A DNA stretch of 64,000 nucleotides from an uncultured delta proteobacterium (GTDB taxonomy: Bacteria > Myxococcota_A > Polyangia > Polyangiales > Polyangiaceae). The first letter of the stretch is position 1; each line of letters starts with the position of its first letter. The translations under genes were made by a program, and so were the position numbers. Location: the NCBI GenBank assembly GCA_963841435.1, contig CAWJCS010000005.1:224001-288000 (forward strand). Reading direction: 5' to 3'. Positions 47,524-56,905 of this stretch are shown here, piece after piece. The notes below the pieces were generated by a model, which searched no databases, was not told the origin of the DNA, and was given only the letters and a program-made list of their open reading frames with translations.

Positions 47524-48593
47524 AATCCCTCCGCGCTCGGCTCGAGCACCGTCAAGAGAACGGGCGACGGGTTCTGGCACGTGCCGCAGAGCAGCGCGAA
47601 CAGCCAAACGCCCGCGTCGTCACGAGCGAACCCGGAGAACGCCTCGCCCGTGGTGCGCTCCGTCGCGAGCGCCAAATCCGTCGTCCGCCCACCCTCGAGC
47701 GGGATCTCGTAGAGCTCGGTGGCCGTCGTCTCGAGATCGAAGATCCCCGCCTCGAGATCCTCCACGCTGCGCCCCGCGTAGAACGCGACGAGCGCTCGGT
47801 CAACGGCAGCGTACGGAACGGGATTGCCGAGCCCGTTCCGGCCAAGCTCGTGCCAGTCGAGCGGCCATGGCCCTTTCTCCGGCACGACCAGCGGCTCCGC
47901 GCTCGCAAGATCCGCCGAAAAGTCGAGGATGCCGCAACCCGGCTCGGCGTCAACGCGCGTGTTGTCGGAATCTGCGGTCGGCTCGATGAAGATCATCGAG
48001 CGCGCGCCCATGCCGGGCACCGTGCCCGTCGTGAAGATCAAGAGGTAGCTGCGGTCGTTGCTTTCGACGTACTGCTCTTCGAGATCGATCATCGTGTCGA
48101 AGAACGAAAATGACGAGAGCTTCGTGCAGGTGTCACCCTCGCTCGTCGGGTACTGGACGTAGCCGTCGATCGCCGATTGCTCGAGCGTGTCGGTCGCGAG
48201 CTTCGACTCGACCTCGGCCTCGTCGAGGTGTATGATCCTGAGAAGTCCGACGTTGTCAACGTCGCCACTCGGGGACAGCTCGTGGCACTGGATGTCAGTC
48301 TCGACATCCGCCCAGCAGATGTCCAGATCCGTCGCCGGCGCCGTGCGCACGACGGGGATCGAGAGGCTGCTCGTCGCCTGGTAGTTGTTGGCGTCACCGA
48401 TGCTGATGGGTGCGGGCTCGGCCTGTTCGGGGCCCCCGTTCTTGGCGTCTTCACCGCAAGCCGCCGCGAGGAGCGCCGCCAGGGCGACGGGCGCGCACGC
48501 GCGAGAAAACCGGCCACTTTGCCGTGCGCGCGAGGCGTCCGAGTGGGGGGCCTGAGCAGGCAGGTGCGGTGTTTCTGGCTGGGGCGCTTGCAC
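47520..48593 (-). CDS. Acidic lipoprotein of unknown function
   Basis: LAAAC lipobox and C-terminal CGTCQNP. Confidence 0.75.
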   Translation of the reverse strand: MQAPQPETPHLPAQAPHSDASRARQSGRFSRACAPVALAALLAAACGEDAKNGGPEQAEPAPISIGDANNYQATSSLSIPVVRTAPATDLDICWADVETDIQCHELSPSGDVDNVGLLRIIHLDEAEVESKLATDTLEQSAIDGYVQYPTSEGDTCTKLSSFSFFDTMIDLEEQYVESNDRSYLLIFTTGTVPGMGARSMIFIEPTADSDNTRVDAEPGCGILDFSADLASAEPLVVPEKGPWPLDWHELGRNGLGNPVPYAAVDRALVAFYAGRSVEDLEAGIFDLETTATELYEIPLEGGRTTDLALATERTTGEAFSGFARDDAGVWLFALLCGTCQNPSPVLLTVLEPSAEGF

Positions 48594-48602
48594 GAGCCTC
48601 GC

Positions 48603-49352
48603 TCAGTAGTTGCAGAAGCCGTTGCGGCGCTCGAACTTGAGCGTCTCGGCGTCCGGGTCGTAGGTCGCGTTGCCGAAGGGGCCCCACGTCGAAAGGTCGT
48701 CGTCGTACTTCATGAGCACGCTGACGTGCCCGGCGTACTCGTTGACGAAGCCGTACGCGGCCTCCGAGCCGTCGAGCGCGGCGATGGCGTCGGCACCGAG
48801 CATGAGCTCGCTGTTTTCGCACACGCCGTTCTCGTCGAGCGTCACGCTCGGATTCGAAAGCACCACCCGGTGCGACCACAGACAATCCGGGCAACCATCC
48901 GGCGGGTCCCCCGCGCGCTCAACGTCGAAGTGGACGATGCAGATGTCGGCACCCAGGCCATCCTCGCCGATCAGAAAATACTCCTCGAACCCCGAAAACT
49001 CGTCCGCGTTGACGCTGGCCTCCCCCCGGTGCCCGCACACGCCGACCTGGGTGAAGCCGCTTCCCGACGAGCCGCCGCTCGCCGCCGTGCCGCTCGTGCC
49101 TCCGGCGCCGGTCCCCGCAGCGCCGCCGCTCGCCGACGCTCCCGCCGCTCCGGACAATCCACCGCTCGCCGAGGCTCCTGCCGCTCCTGCCAATCCGCCG
49201 CTCGCCGACGAGCCTCCGCCGGAAGTGCCGGCTGCCGCAGCGCTGCGCGCATCGTCGTCGCCGGAGCCACAGCCGGCCGCGACCGGCAGACCGCCGGCGA
49301 GCGTGGCGAGGACGACGAACCGGCTCGTGGCCGAACGCGTCGCTTCGATCAT
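48603..49352 (-). CDS. Lipoprotein with Gly linker, unknown function
   Basis: AAGC lipobox, CPDCLW motif; ATGA overlap with the upstream gene. Confidence 0.75.
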   Translation of the reverse strand: MIEATRSATSRFVVLATLAGGLPVAAGCGSGDDDARSAAAAGTSGGGSSASGGLAGAAGASASGGLSGAAGASASGGAAGTGAGGTSGTAASGGSSGSGFTQVGVCGHRGEASVNADEFSGFEEYFLIGEDGLGADICIVHFDVERAGDPPDGCPDCLWSHRVVLSNPSVTLDENGVCENSELMLGADAIAALDGSEAAYGFVNEYAGHVSVLMKYDDDLSTWGPFGNATYDPDAETLKFERRNGFCNY

Positions 49353-51127
49353 TCGGGCCCTCCGACGTTCAGCGCGTAAAGGTCGTCGATGAGCACCGTG
49401 TTGCCGACCATCTTGTTGTACGCGTCGTTCCCACCGTCGTAGTCGAACTTCACGTAAAAGACGGTCTGCTTGTCGGGCGTGATCTCACGAATCACGCCGC
49501 CCGTGCCGTAGTTGCCGAGCGTGTTCCCGTTTTCGAGGCGAAGTGCCATGCCCTTGGCGCGCGGCCATTCGGGGCCCTCGGTGTAGCGCCACTTCTCGAC
49601 GAGCCGCTGATTCTGCCGGTCGATCGTGAACTCCAGGAAGGCGTGCTGATTGGGCGTCGGCGTCGTATTGCCCGCGGTGTAGCCCGGCATGTGGCTCGAA
49701 ACCATCAACGTACCGTCCTTGCTGATGTTGGGATCGTGCTGGTAACCGAAGCTCCAGGCGTTCGGCGGCATGGTGAGCGGGGGTGCGAAGGTGTAGCTGC
49801 CCGGCGCTTCCCCGTACTGCCCGATCACGGTGCCGTCTTGGCGGCTCACCTGGATCACGGTGTTCTCGTCGGGGTACGACATGATCACGCTGTCGTCCGC
49901 TTCGTTCCAGTTGATGGTGTTCGTGTAGCAGACGAAGTTGCGACCGAAGTGATCGGCGCAGCTCCACACGGTGCGAAACACGCCCGCGCGGCTCATCTCG
50001 CGCAGCTCGTCGTTGGCGTCGTAGAGCAGCGCGCCGTCCGTGGTCACGTCGATGGCGTCGGCGAGGTTCGGCACCTCGATCTCCTCCTCGTAGGCGTGAT
50101 CGAGCGTCATCTTGAGCACGGACTCGGTGAAGTTGCCGCAGCCGAAGCAGCGCTTTTCGATCCAGATGTAGCCGCCGTCGCGCGCGATGCGCTGGAACGA
50201 CGAGGTCGCGAGTGTCGAAGGGTCGGCGTAGTACCAGACGACGCGGCCCTTGCGATCCATGATGTAGAGCCAGAACGTGTTGCGGTAGTAGTTGTTCGGC
50301 CCGCCGCCCTCGGAGTCCTCGACCGAGCCGAACATCCAGCGATCGGGGCTCGCGCGCACGGGGTCGTAGTCCATGACCGTGGCCACGGGCATGCTGCTCG
50401 GCACCGGATCGGTCGTGCCCTCGTAGTCGTGCGTCGCGCAATCGGTCGAGCCCTGGCGGCTCACGACCCGCACGGTGACGGGCGTCGCGCCGGGCACGCC
50501 GAGCACGACGTCGCTGTGGGCGCCGGCCACGCCGGGCTTCGGGCGCGAGGTCATGACGTTGCCGGGCTCGAACGTGAACTCGAGCCACGTCTCGTCCGCG
50601 GCGACCGTCTGCGTCCAGTCGACGACGAGGACGGTGTTCACGTCGTCGTGAACGCGGATGCTCACGCCGCTCACGAACGCGTCACCGCAACCTGCTCCGC
50701 CGACGCCGCTGCCGCTGCCCGCTGTGTCGCTCGCTCCGGCCGTGCCCGCGGCGCCGGCTGGCGTCGCCGTGCCGTCGCCCGCGGTGCCGCCGCCGCCCGT
50801 GCCGGCGTTGCCCCCGCCTCCGCTCGCCGAGCTCCCGCCTGCGGTCCCCGACCCTCCTGCTGCCGTACCCCCCGAGGTTCCTGCGTCGCCGGCGCTACCC
50901 GCACCGCTTTCGGAGGTGCCTCCTTGGCCCGCGGCGCCGCCCGCCGTCAGGGCGCCGCCGGCGCCGCCCGCGCCAGCGCCTGCACCCGGCGCACCGCTCG
51001 TCCCGGCGCCCGCGCCGCCGCCCGCATCGGACGACGTGCAGCCGGCGGCCGACGCCAACAGAGCGAGCCCGCCCGCGGTCCCGGCGACAAGCGCCGAGAC
51101 CCGACGCCTCATTCGCATGCGCCTCAT
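49349..51127 (-). CDS. Arylsulfotransferase-like propeller lipoprotein with Gly linker
   Basis: AAGC lipobox; MDRKGRVVWY, YTNTIN, FGYQHD, RLENGNTL. Confidence 0.68.
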   Translation of the reverse strand: MRRMRMRRRVSALVAGTAGGLALLASAAGCTSSDAGGGAGAGTSGAPGAGAGAGGAGGALTAGGAAGQGGTSESGAGSAGDAGTSGGTAAGGSGTAGGSSASGGGGNAGTGGGGTAGDGTATPAGAAGTAGASDTAGSGSGVGGAGCGDAFVSGVSIRVHDDVNTVLVVDWTQTVAADETWLEFTFEPGNVMTSRPKPGVAGAHSDVVLGVPGATPVTVRVVSRQGSTDCATHDYEGTTDPVPSSMPVATVMDYDPVRASPDRWMFGSVEDSEGGGPNNYYRNTFWLYIMDRKGRVVWYYADPSTLATSSFQRIARDGGYIWIEKRCFGCGNFTESVLKMTLDHAYEEEIEVPNLADAIDVTTDGALLYDANDELREMSRAGVFRTVWSCADHFGRNFVCYTNTINWNEADDSVIMSYPDENTVIQVSRQDGTVIGQYGEAPGSYTFAPPLTMPPNAWSFGYQHDPNISKDGTLMVSSHMPGYTAGNTTPTPNQHAFLEFTIDRQNQRLVEKWRYTEGPEWPRAKGMALRLENGNTLGNYGTGGVIREITPDKQTVFYVKFDYDGGNDAYNKMVGNTVLIDDLYALNVGGPE

Positions 51128-51301
51128 ACGTTGCAGAGAGACGCGGGGAGCCGGTGACGCGCCAGGTTCCGCTAAGCCTCCAGGAATTTACCGCCGCCTC
51201 GACGACATTTTCGTCCCAAATCTCGCTGCTACCGGTAGGCTTGGTAGACAAGAGCATCCGCGGCGCACGGTCGGACGCCTGCGGGGTGCTAGGGCTTTTC
51301 G

Positions 51302-51865
51302 ATGGGCCGTCTCTACGATTCGCTCGAAGAAGTCAGGGAGTTTCTCGAGGCGCAGCACCTTTTCTTCGTCGCGACGGCGCCGGCCGGTCGCGAGGGGCAC
51401 CTGAACCTGTCGCCCAAGGGGCTCGACGGATTCCGCGTGCTCGGGCCGACGACGGCGGCATACGTCGATTATCCGGGCAGCGGCGTCGAGACGATCGCGC
51501 ACCTTCGCGAGAACGGCCGCATCGTGCTCATGTTCTGCGCCTTCACGGGCTCGCCGAATATCGTGCGCCTCTGGGGTCGCGGCGAGGTCGTCGAGCCCGA
51601 CGACGCGCGCTTCGCCGAGCTCGTCACCCAGTTCACGCCGACGCTCCACGTGCGCTCCGTCATCCGCATCGACGTGACGCGCATCGGCTCGTCGTGTGGG
51701 TTCGGCGTGCCACTTTACGACTACGCTGGCGAGCGTGACGTGCTCGCGCGCTGGGCCGAAAAGAAGGGCGCCGAAGGGCTCGAACGCTACCAGGCCGAGA
51801 AGAACGGGCAGAGCATCGACGGCCTTCCGGGGCTCGCGCCACGGGCGAGCCCCGAGCCGCGCTGA
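51302..51865 (+). CDS. Pyridoxamine 5'-phosphate oxidase-like FMN-binding protein
   Basis: FFVATAP, NLSPKG, GSGVETIAHLRENGR, SCGFGVP, NGQSIDGLP. Confidence 0.9.
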   Translation: MGRLYDSLEEVREFLEAQHLFFVATAPAGREGHLNLSPKGLDGFRVLGPTTAAYVDYPGSGVETIAHLRENGRIVLMFCAFTGSPNIVRLWGRGEVVEPDDARFAELVTQFTPTLHVRSVIRIDVTRIGSSCGFGVPLYDYAGERDVLARWAEKKGAEGLERYQAEKNGQSIDGLPGLAPRASPEPR

Positions 51866-51877
51866 GCGCACACCCGC

Positions 51878-52459
51878 TCAGAGGTTCATCACGTTGAGAC
51901 CGAGCGTGACGAGCCCCGCGACGAGCGCCACGCTGCCGGCGACGTGGGCACGGCGCGTTCCCACGTGTGCGCCGTGCGAGGCTCGGAGCGCCGCGCGCCA
52001 GTAGAGCGCCGCCCCGCCGAGCACGAGCAGGAGCTCGAGCGCGATCGAAACGGCCTCGAAGCGCCAGATACCGAACCCGAGCCGCGGCAGCCCCCCGGCG
52101 TTGCCGGGAAGGAGCGGCAGATCGGCCCGGTGGACGACGAGATCGAGCACCCAGTGCGAAAAGGACACGCCTGCGAGCGTGACGGCGCCCCCGCGACCGA
52201 GCCGCCCGAGGAAGAACGCTCCGTAGAGCGCCGACAAGAAGAGCGCGCCGACGAGCGAGTGCGTGTAATCGGCGTGGATGATCACCTCGCCGTAGTGGCT
52301 GTCGGCGCCGTGGAGCGGCGTGAGCGTCTCGATGCCCGCAACGAAGAGGGGCACGAAGATCACGTCGAGCCATTGCGTCGCGACCATGAGCGCCCAGAGC
52401 GGCACCGCGGGGCGCCTGGCCTTGACCATGGCCGCGAAGCCAAAATGCCCGGCGATCAC
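51878..52459 (-). CDS. Membrane protein, putative metal-dependent hydrolase (YdjM/LexA-inducible-like)
   Basis: MIAGH, QWLD, YTHSL, SHWVLDLVVH and several TM segments. Confidence 0.75.
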   Translation of the reverse strand: MIAGHFGFAAMVKARRPAVPLWALMVATQWLDVIFVPLFVAGIETLTPLHGADSHYGEVIIHADYTHSLVGALFLSALYGAFFLGRLGRGGAVTLAGVSFSHWVLDLVVHRADLPLLPGNAGGLPRLGFGIWRFEAVSIALELLLVLGGAALYWRAALRASHGAHVGTRRAHVAGSVALVAGLVTLGLNVMNL

Positions 52460-52836
52460 GGCGCACCCCCTTTGCCGGCGGCCGTGCCACCAGCCCCTCG
52501 CGAGACGACGGGCCAGGGAAGGCGCCGATCGATGCGGCCGAGCACGACCGCGAACAGTAAAAGGCCGAGAACGAACGACATCGTGACCACCTCATCGTAG
52601 GTGAAGGCCGAGGTGAACGGCGGGAAATACGAAGAAGGGCGAGCGACGCCACCCGCGAGCTCGAACCGAAAGCCCGCGTCGACGCCCACGCTGAGCGTCG
52701 TTTGCCGGTCTGCGAGAGCACTCGCCTTCAAGCGTACGAGGCGCCTCGCCACGCCTGCATCGACCCCCACGAAGCCGCCCGAGCGGCCTGAGCGCAGCAC
52801 CCGTTCGGCCGTGCTCGGAGCGCTCCAGCGCGGCCG

Positions 52837-54831
52837 TCAGTGCGCGACGTCCACGGTGATGCCCTGTCGCGCGGTGAGCGGAGCCTCGCCGTGCGGGCCG
52901 CCGTGGTCGGTGTAGACGAGCTCGATGCCGTAAAAGAGCCGCTCGGAGCGGTCCGTATCCCCATGATCCCCGAGATCGGGGACGAAGGTCACGCTGCACC
53001 CCGTGAGCGAGGTGACCGGGTGCGTGTGGGCGTTGTGACCGAGCCCGATGTTCCAGACGAGCTCGTCACACGCCGCATCGCCGTCCTCGGGATCGTGTCC
53101 CCAGCCTTCGAGCAAGGTGCCCCCGCCCGGGACGAGCACCACGCCGGGATCGGGGCTCACGATGTGGACTTCGGGTGGCGCGTTGCCGACCACGATCGTC
53201 TCGCCGACCGGCAAGCTTCGCTTCCCGGAGCTCGACACGACGACGAGACCCACGCCGTAGTTGCCCGGCTCCTCGAAGACGTGGCTCACCCTTTCACCCG
53301 TCGCGTCGGCGGCGCCGTCGCCGTCGAGGTCCCACAGGTACTCGACGAGCGTTTCGCCGTCCCCGTTCACGTGAGACCCTGCGGCCGAGAGCTCGACGGT
53401 GAGTGGTGACGCCCCGAAGGTCGGCGAGGCGCCGAGCGTCGCCACGGGCGAAAGCGCCGTGCCGAATTCGAGACGGCTGATCGCCGCGTCGGGGTTGTCG
53501 CCCCAGAAGGCGCTCCCGTATTCGAGCACATAAACGGCCCCGTCCGGTGTCACCTCGATATCGATGGGTCGGTGGAAGGCCTCGCCGGGAAAGGGCCGTT
53601 CGACGCCCGTGAGCGCACCGTCCCCGTCGAACGTCACGGCGGCGATGACGTCACGCGTCCAGTCCGTCATCAACAGAGCCCCCTGGAAGCGAGCGGGCAG
53701 CGCGTTCGGGGCGTCCTCGCTCGAGCGGTACACGGCGCCGGCCATGGCCGCGCGACCGACGAGCATGCCCGTGTCGTCGTACCCGTCGCCGAGGGCGTCG
53801 TAGCTCACCGTGTCGTAGTCGTAGGCGAGGAGCGACGGCTCGGTGCCGGCGCAATCGAAGGGCGCGCCCACGACACTGGTCGTGAAATCGAAGTCCGAAT
53901 ACGCAAGCCCATCGGCGATGCAATACGGCCAGCCGAAATTGCCCGGCGCGGTGGCGCGATCGATCTCGTCGTAGCCGCGCGGACCGAGGCTCGAGTCCTC
54001 CAGCGCGTCGGGCCCGATCTCACCCCAGTAGAGCGCCCCGTTTCGAGGATCGACAGCGAGGCGGAAGGGGTTGCGATTGCCGAGCGTGTAGATCTCGGGG
54101 CGGCCGAGCTCGCCGCTCTCGGGAAAGAGGTTGCCGGGCGGGATGCCGCCATCCGGCGCGATGCGCAGGATTTTCCCACGGAGATCGAAGGGGTTCGGCG
54201 CCGTGCGGCGGGCGTCGTACGTCTCGTGGCCGGCACGCCCGTCGAGGGGCGCCGCGCCCGACGAGCCGAACGGGTTCGTGTTGTCGCCCACGGAAAGGAA
54301 CAGCGTGCCGTCCGGCGCGAACGCGAGACCACCACCTTCGTGGCAGCAGAGCCTCTCGCTCGGCACGACGAGGAGCTCGACGCGGCTCGCAGGGTCGAGC
54401 GCGCCGTCCTTCGAAGCCGTAAAGCGCGCGAGCACGTTCTTTCCGGGCGGCGCGTCGAGGGGAAGCGGCTCTTCGAGCGGGAGCGAGTAGTAGAGGTAGA
54501 CGTAGCCGTTTTCGGCGAACGACGGATCGAGCGCGAGGCCGAGTAGCCCGCTTTCGTGACCGGTGTCCACGGCGAGCACGAGCGCGTCCTTCACGAGGCC
54601 GGTCTTCGCGTCGTAACGCCGCACCTCACCCGTGCGTTCCGCCCAGTACACGTCGCCCGCGGTCGAGACGCCGAGCGCCATCGGATTCTTCGGCGCGCGC
54701 GAGAGAAACGCGCGGCCGATGCGCACCTCCCCTTGCCCACCCTTTCGCACCTCGGGGTCCGAGCACGCACCGATAAAAAGCAAGAGTGCGACCGTGAGGA
54801 GCGCGGGGCATGAAAGGGGAGGCTTTCTCAT
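52837..54831 (-). CDS. PQQ-dependent sugar dehydrogenase-like (GSDH) lipoprotein with PKD domain
   Basis: IGAC lipobox; ESGLLGLALDPSF, CCHEGG, LRGKILRI, GNRNPFR; PKD motif YLWDLDGDG...SHVF. Confidence 0.88.
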   Translation of the reverse strand: MRKPPLSCPALLTVALLLFIGACSDPEVRKGGQGEVRIGRAFLSRAPKNPMALGVSTAGDVYWAERTGEVRRYDAKTGLVKDALVLAVDTGHESGLLGLALDPSFAENGYVYLYYSLPLEEPLPLDAPPGKNVLARFTASKDGALDPASRVELLVVPSERLCCHEGGGLAFAPDGTLFLSVGDNTNPFGSSGAAPLDGRAGHETYDARRTAPNPFDLRGKILRIAPDGGIPPGNLFPESGELGRPEIYTLGNRNPFRLAVDPRNGALYWGEIGPDALEDSSLGPRGYDEIDRATAPGNFGWPYCIADGLAYSDFDFTTSVVGAPFDCAGTEPSLLAYDYDTVSYDALGDGYDDTGMLVGRAAMAGAVYRSSEDAPNALPARFQGALLMTDWTRDVIAAVTFDGDGALTGVERPFPGEAFHRPIDIEVTPDGAVYVLEYGSAFWGDNPDAAISRLEFGTALSPVATLGASPTFGASPLTVELSAAGSHVNGDGETLVEYLWDLDGDGAADATGERVSHVFEEPGNYGVGLVVVSSSGKRSLPVGETIVVGNAPPEVHIVSPDPGVVLVPGGGTLLEGWGHDPEDGDAACDELVWNIGLGHNAHTHPVTSLTGCSVTFVPDLGDHGDTDRSERLFYGIELVYTDHGGPHGEAPLTARQGITVDVAH

Positions 54832-54906
54832 GGGCGGGCGAAAGGGTAGAATAGTGGGATCCACGCGCCGGCGGTCGTCGGCGCCCCCGCCGCAGGGACA
54901 GCAAGC

Positions 54907-56652
54907 ATGCAGAGGTCACGTGCGCGCGCCGCCATGGTCGTCCTTTCTCTACCACTCGCCGGCCTTGCGCCTGCATGCGGCGGCTCCGGCGACGGGGGGA
55001 GCCCGGGCGGCGACGCGGGCAGCGCCGCCGCAGGCGGAACGGCCGGACGCAGCGCCGCGAGCGGCGGTCTAGCGGGCGGTGGCTCGGGGAGCGGCGGCTC
55101 GGCAGCGACGGGCGGCAAGGGCGCGAGCGGCGGCGACGCGGGACGCGGCGGCAGCTCGAGCGGCGGCGACGCGGGGAGTGGAGGAGGCGGCAGCGCCGGC
55201 AGCTCGGGCGCCGCGGGTGCAACGGGCGGCGAGGCGGGCGGCGCCGGAAACCCGGCGAACCCGCTGACCGTCTGCGACGAGCCGGACCTCGCCGACACCT
55301 CGGCGCCCGACCACGTCGTAGGCGACGGCTCACCCGAGAGCTGTACCGAGGAGGCGTTCGGCTCGGCCGCGGCGCAGGGCGGCGTGATCACGTTCGACTG
55401 CGGGCCCGATGCGATCACGATCACCGTAAGCTCGACGGTCGTCTTCACCAAGGAGAGTGTGCTCGACGGAGGCGGCCTCGTCACACTGAGCGGCGGCGGC
55501 TCGGCGCGTATCCTCTACCTCGACTCCGGCTACGACCAGACGACTCCCCGCCTCACGGTCCAACGCCTCACCTTTCGTGACGGAAGAAGCCCCCCGGGCG
55601 GCGACGACACGGCCGTGGGAGGAGGCGCCATCTACCGCGACGGCGGCAGCCTCACGGTGCTCGACTGCGATTTCGAAGACAATCACGCTCCCGAAACGGG
55701 ACAGGACCTAGCGGGCGGCGCCATCTACGGCTTCGGCGGCGGCGAGACCGTGATCGTCGGCAGCACCTTCACCGGCAACTCGGCGAGCGACGGCGGCGCC
55801 GTCGGCAGCCTGAACGGCGATCTCGTCGTCATCGACTCGGTTTTCACCGGCAACGCCGCCACGGGCACGGACGGCAACCCCGGCAACGGCGGCTGCGGCG
55901 GCGCGCTTTACATGGACGGCGGCGACGAGACCACGACGCTCTGCGGCGTCGTCATCGCCGACAACACGGCGGGCGCCATCGCGGGGGGCGTGTTTCGCGT
56001 GTCGAACTCCGACGACGGCACGTTCACGATGGAGCGGAGCGTCGTGCGCGACAATCGCGTGACACCGACGGACTCGGGCAACGCGGGCGGCCTGTACCTG
56101 CAGGGCCTCGCTCTCACGATCGAGGCCAGCACGATCTCGGGCAACCAGGCCTTTTACAACGGCGGGCTCTGGATCTCCGAGCGCGAGGCGAACCTTACCA
56201 ACGTGACCATCGCCGAGAACGTCGCATTCGGCAGCAACGGCGGCGGCCTCTGGCTGAGCCACGACCCCACGGGGACGCTCGAGAACTGCACGATCGCGAA
56301 CAACCATTCGACGGCCGACAGCCAGGTGGCGGGCGCGATCTTCGGCTCCGGGCTCGCGCTCAAGAACACCATCGTCTCGGGCAACACGGCGATGTACACG
56401 CCCGGCTGCGACGCCAAGCACCCGGACCTCGGTGGCAACGTGCAATGGCCCGCAGGAGCGCTGTGTGCGGACGGCATTCTCGTCGAGGACCCCGAGCTCG
56501 GCTCGCTTTCCGACAACGGCGGCGTCACGGAAACGCTCGTGCCGTCCGCGGCGAGCCCCGCCATCGCCCTCGGTAGCGACTGCCCGCCGACCGATCAGCG
56601 CGGCGTCGCGCGGAGCGAGCCGTGCACGGCGGGTGCCGTCGAGGCCCCTTAG
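54907..56652 (+). CDS. Lipoprotein with right-handed beta-helix repeats and choice-of-anchor-Q-like end
   Basis: APAC lipobox and Gly linker; GGAI and FxxN repeats; LSDNGGVTET...SPAI...DQRG...AGAVE. Confidence 0.82.
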   Translation: MQRSRARAAMVVLSLPLAGLAPACGGSGDGGSPGGDAGSAAAGGTAGRSAASGGLAGGGSGSGGSAATGGKGASGGDAGRGGSSSGGDAGSGGGGSAGSSGAAGATGGEAGGAGNPANPLTVCDEPDLADTSAPDHVVGDGSPESCTEEAFGSAAAQGGVITFDCGPDAITITVSSTVVFTKESVLDGGGLVTLSGGGSARILYLDSGYDQTTPRLTVQRLTFRDGRSPPGGDDTAVGGGAIYRDGGSLTVLDCDFEDNHAPETGQDLAGGAIYGFGGGETVIVGSTFTGNSASDGGAVGSLNGDLVVIDSVFTGNAATGTDGNPGNGGCGGALYMDGGDETTTLCGVVIADNTAGAIAGGVFRVSNSDDGTFTMERSVVRDNRVTPTDSGNAGGLYLQGLALTIEASTISGNQAFYNGGLWISEREANLTNVTIAENVAFGSNGGGLWLSHDPTGTLENCTIANNHSTADSQVAGAIFGSGLALKNTIVSGNTAMYTPGCDAKHPDLGGNVQWPAGALCADGILVEDPELGSLSDNGGVTETLVPSAASPAIALGSDCPPTDQRGVARSEPCTAGAVEAP

Positions 56653-56905
56653 CACTACTGTCAGAGTCTTGGAGGAACAGATCACGATCCGGCAGAGAGA
56701 ACATGAGCCACGAAAGCAACTGGCGCGGCCAGCGGGCGGCCGTCTTCGAGCACGAAATGGACGCAAGACGTGGGCGCCGCCGTCCGAAAAGTTCGCCGCC
56801 CGCCAATCTGCGAATTTCTCGAAGGAAACGCGAATCTCTGACAGTAGTGTTAGCGCTCCGCCAAAGCGCCGTCCCGAAGGCGTGCGGGGGCACCGCCGGC
56901 CGGGC

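Noticed and set aside
52456-52800. 114-aa ORF upstream of the membrane hydrolase
   Set aside because: Looks like a mosaic of fragments with no convincing start or family motif.
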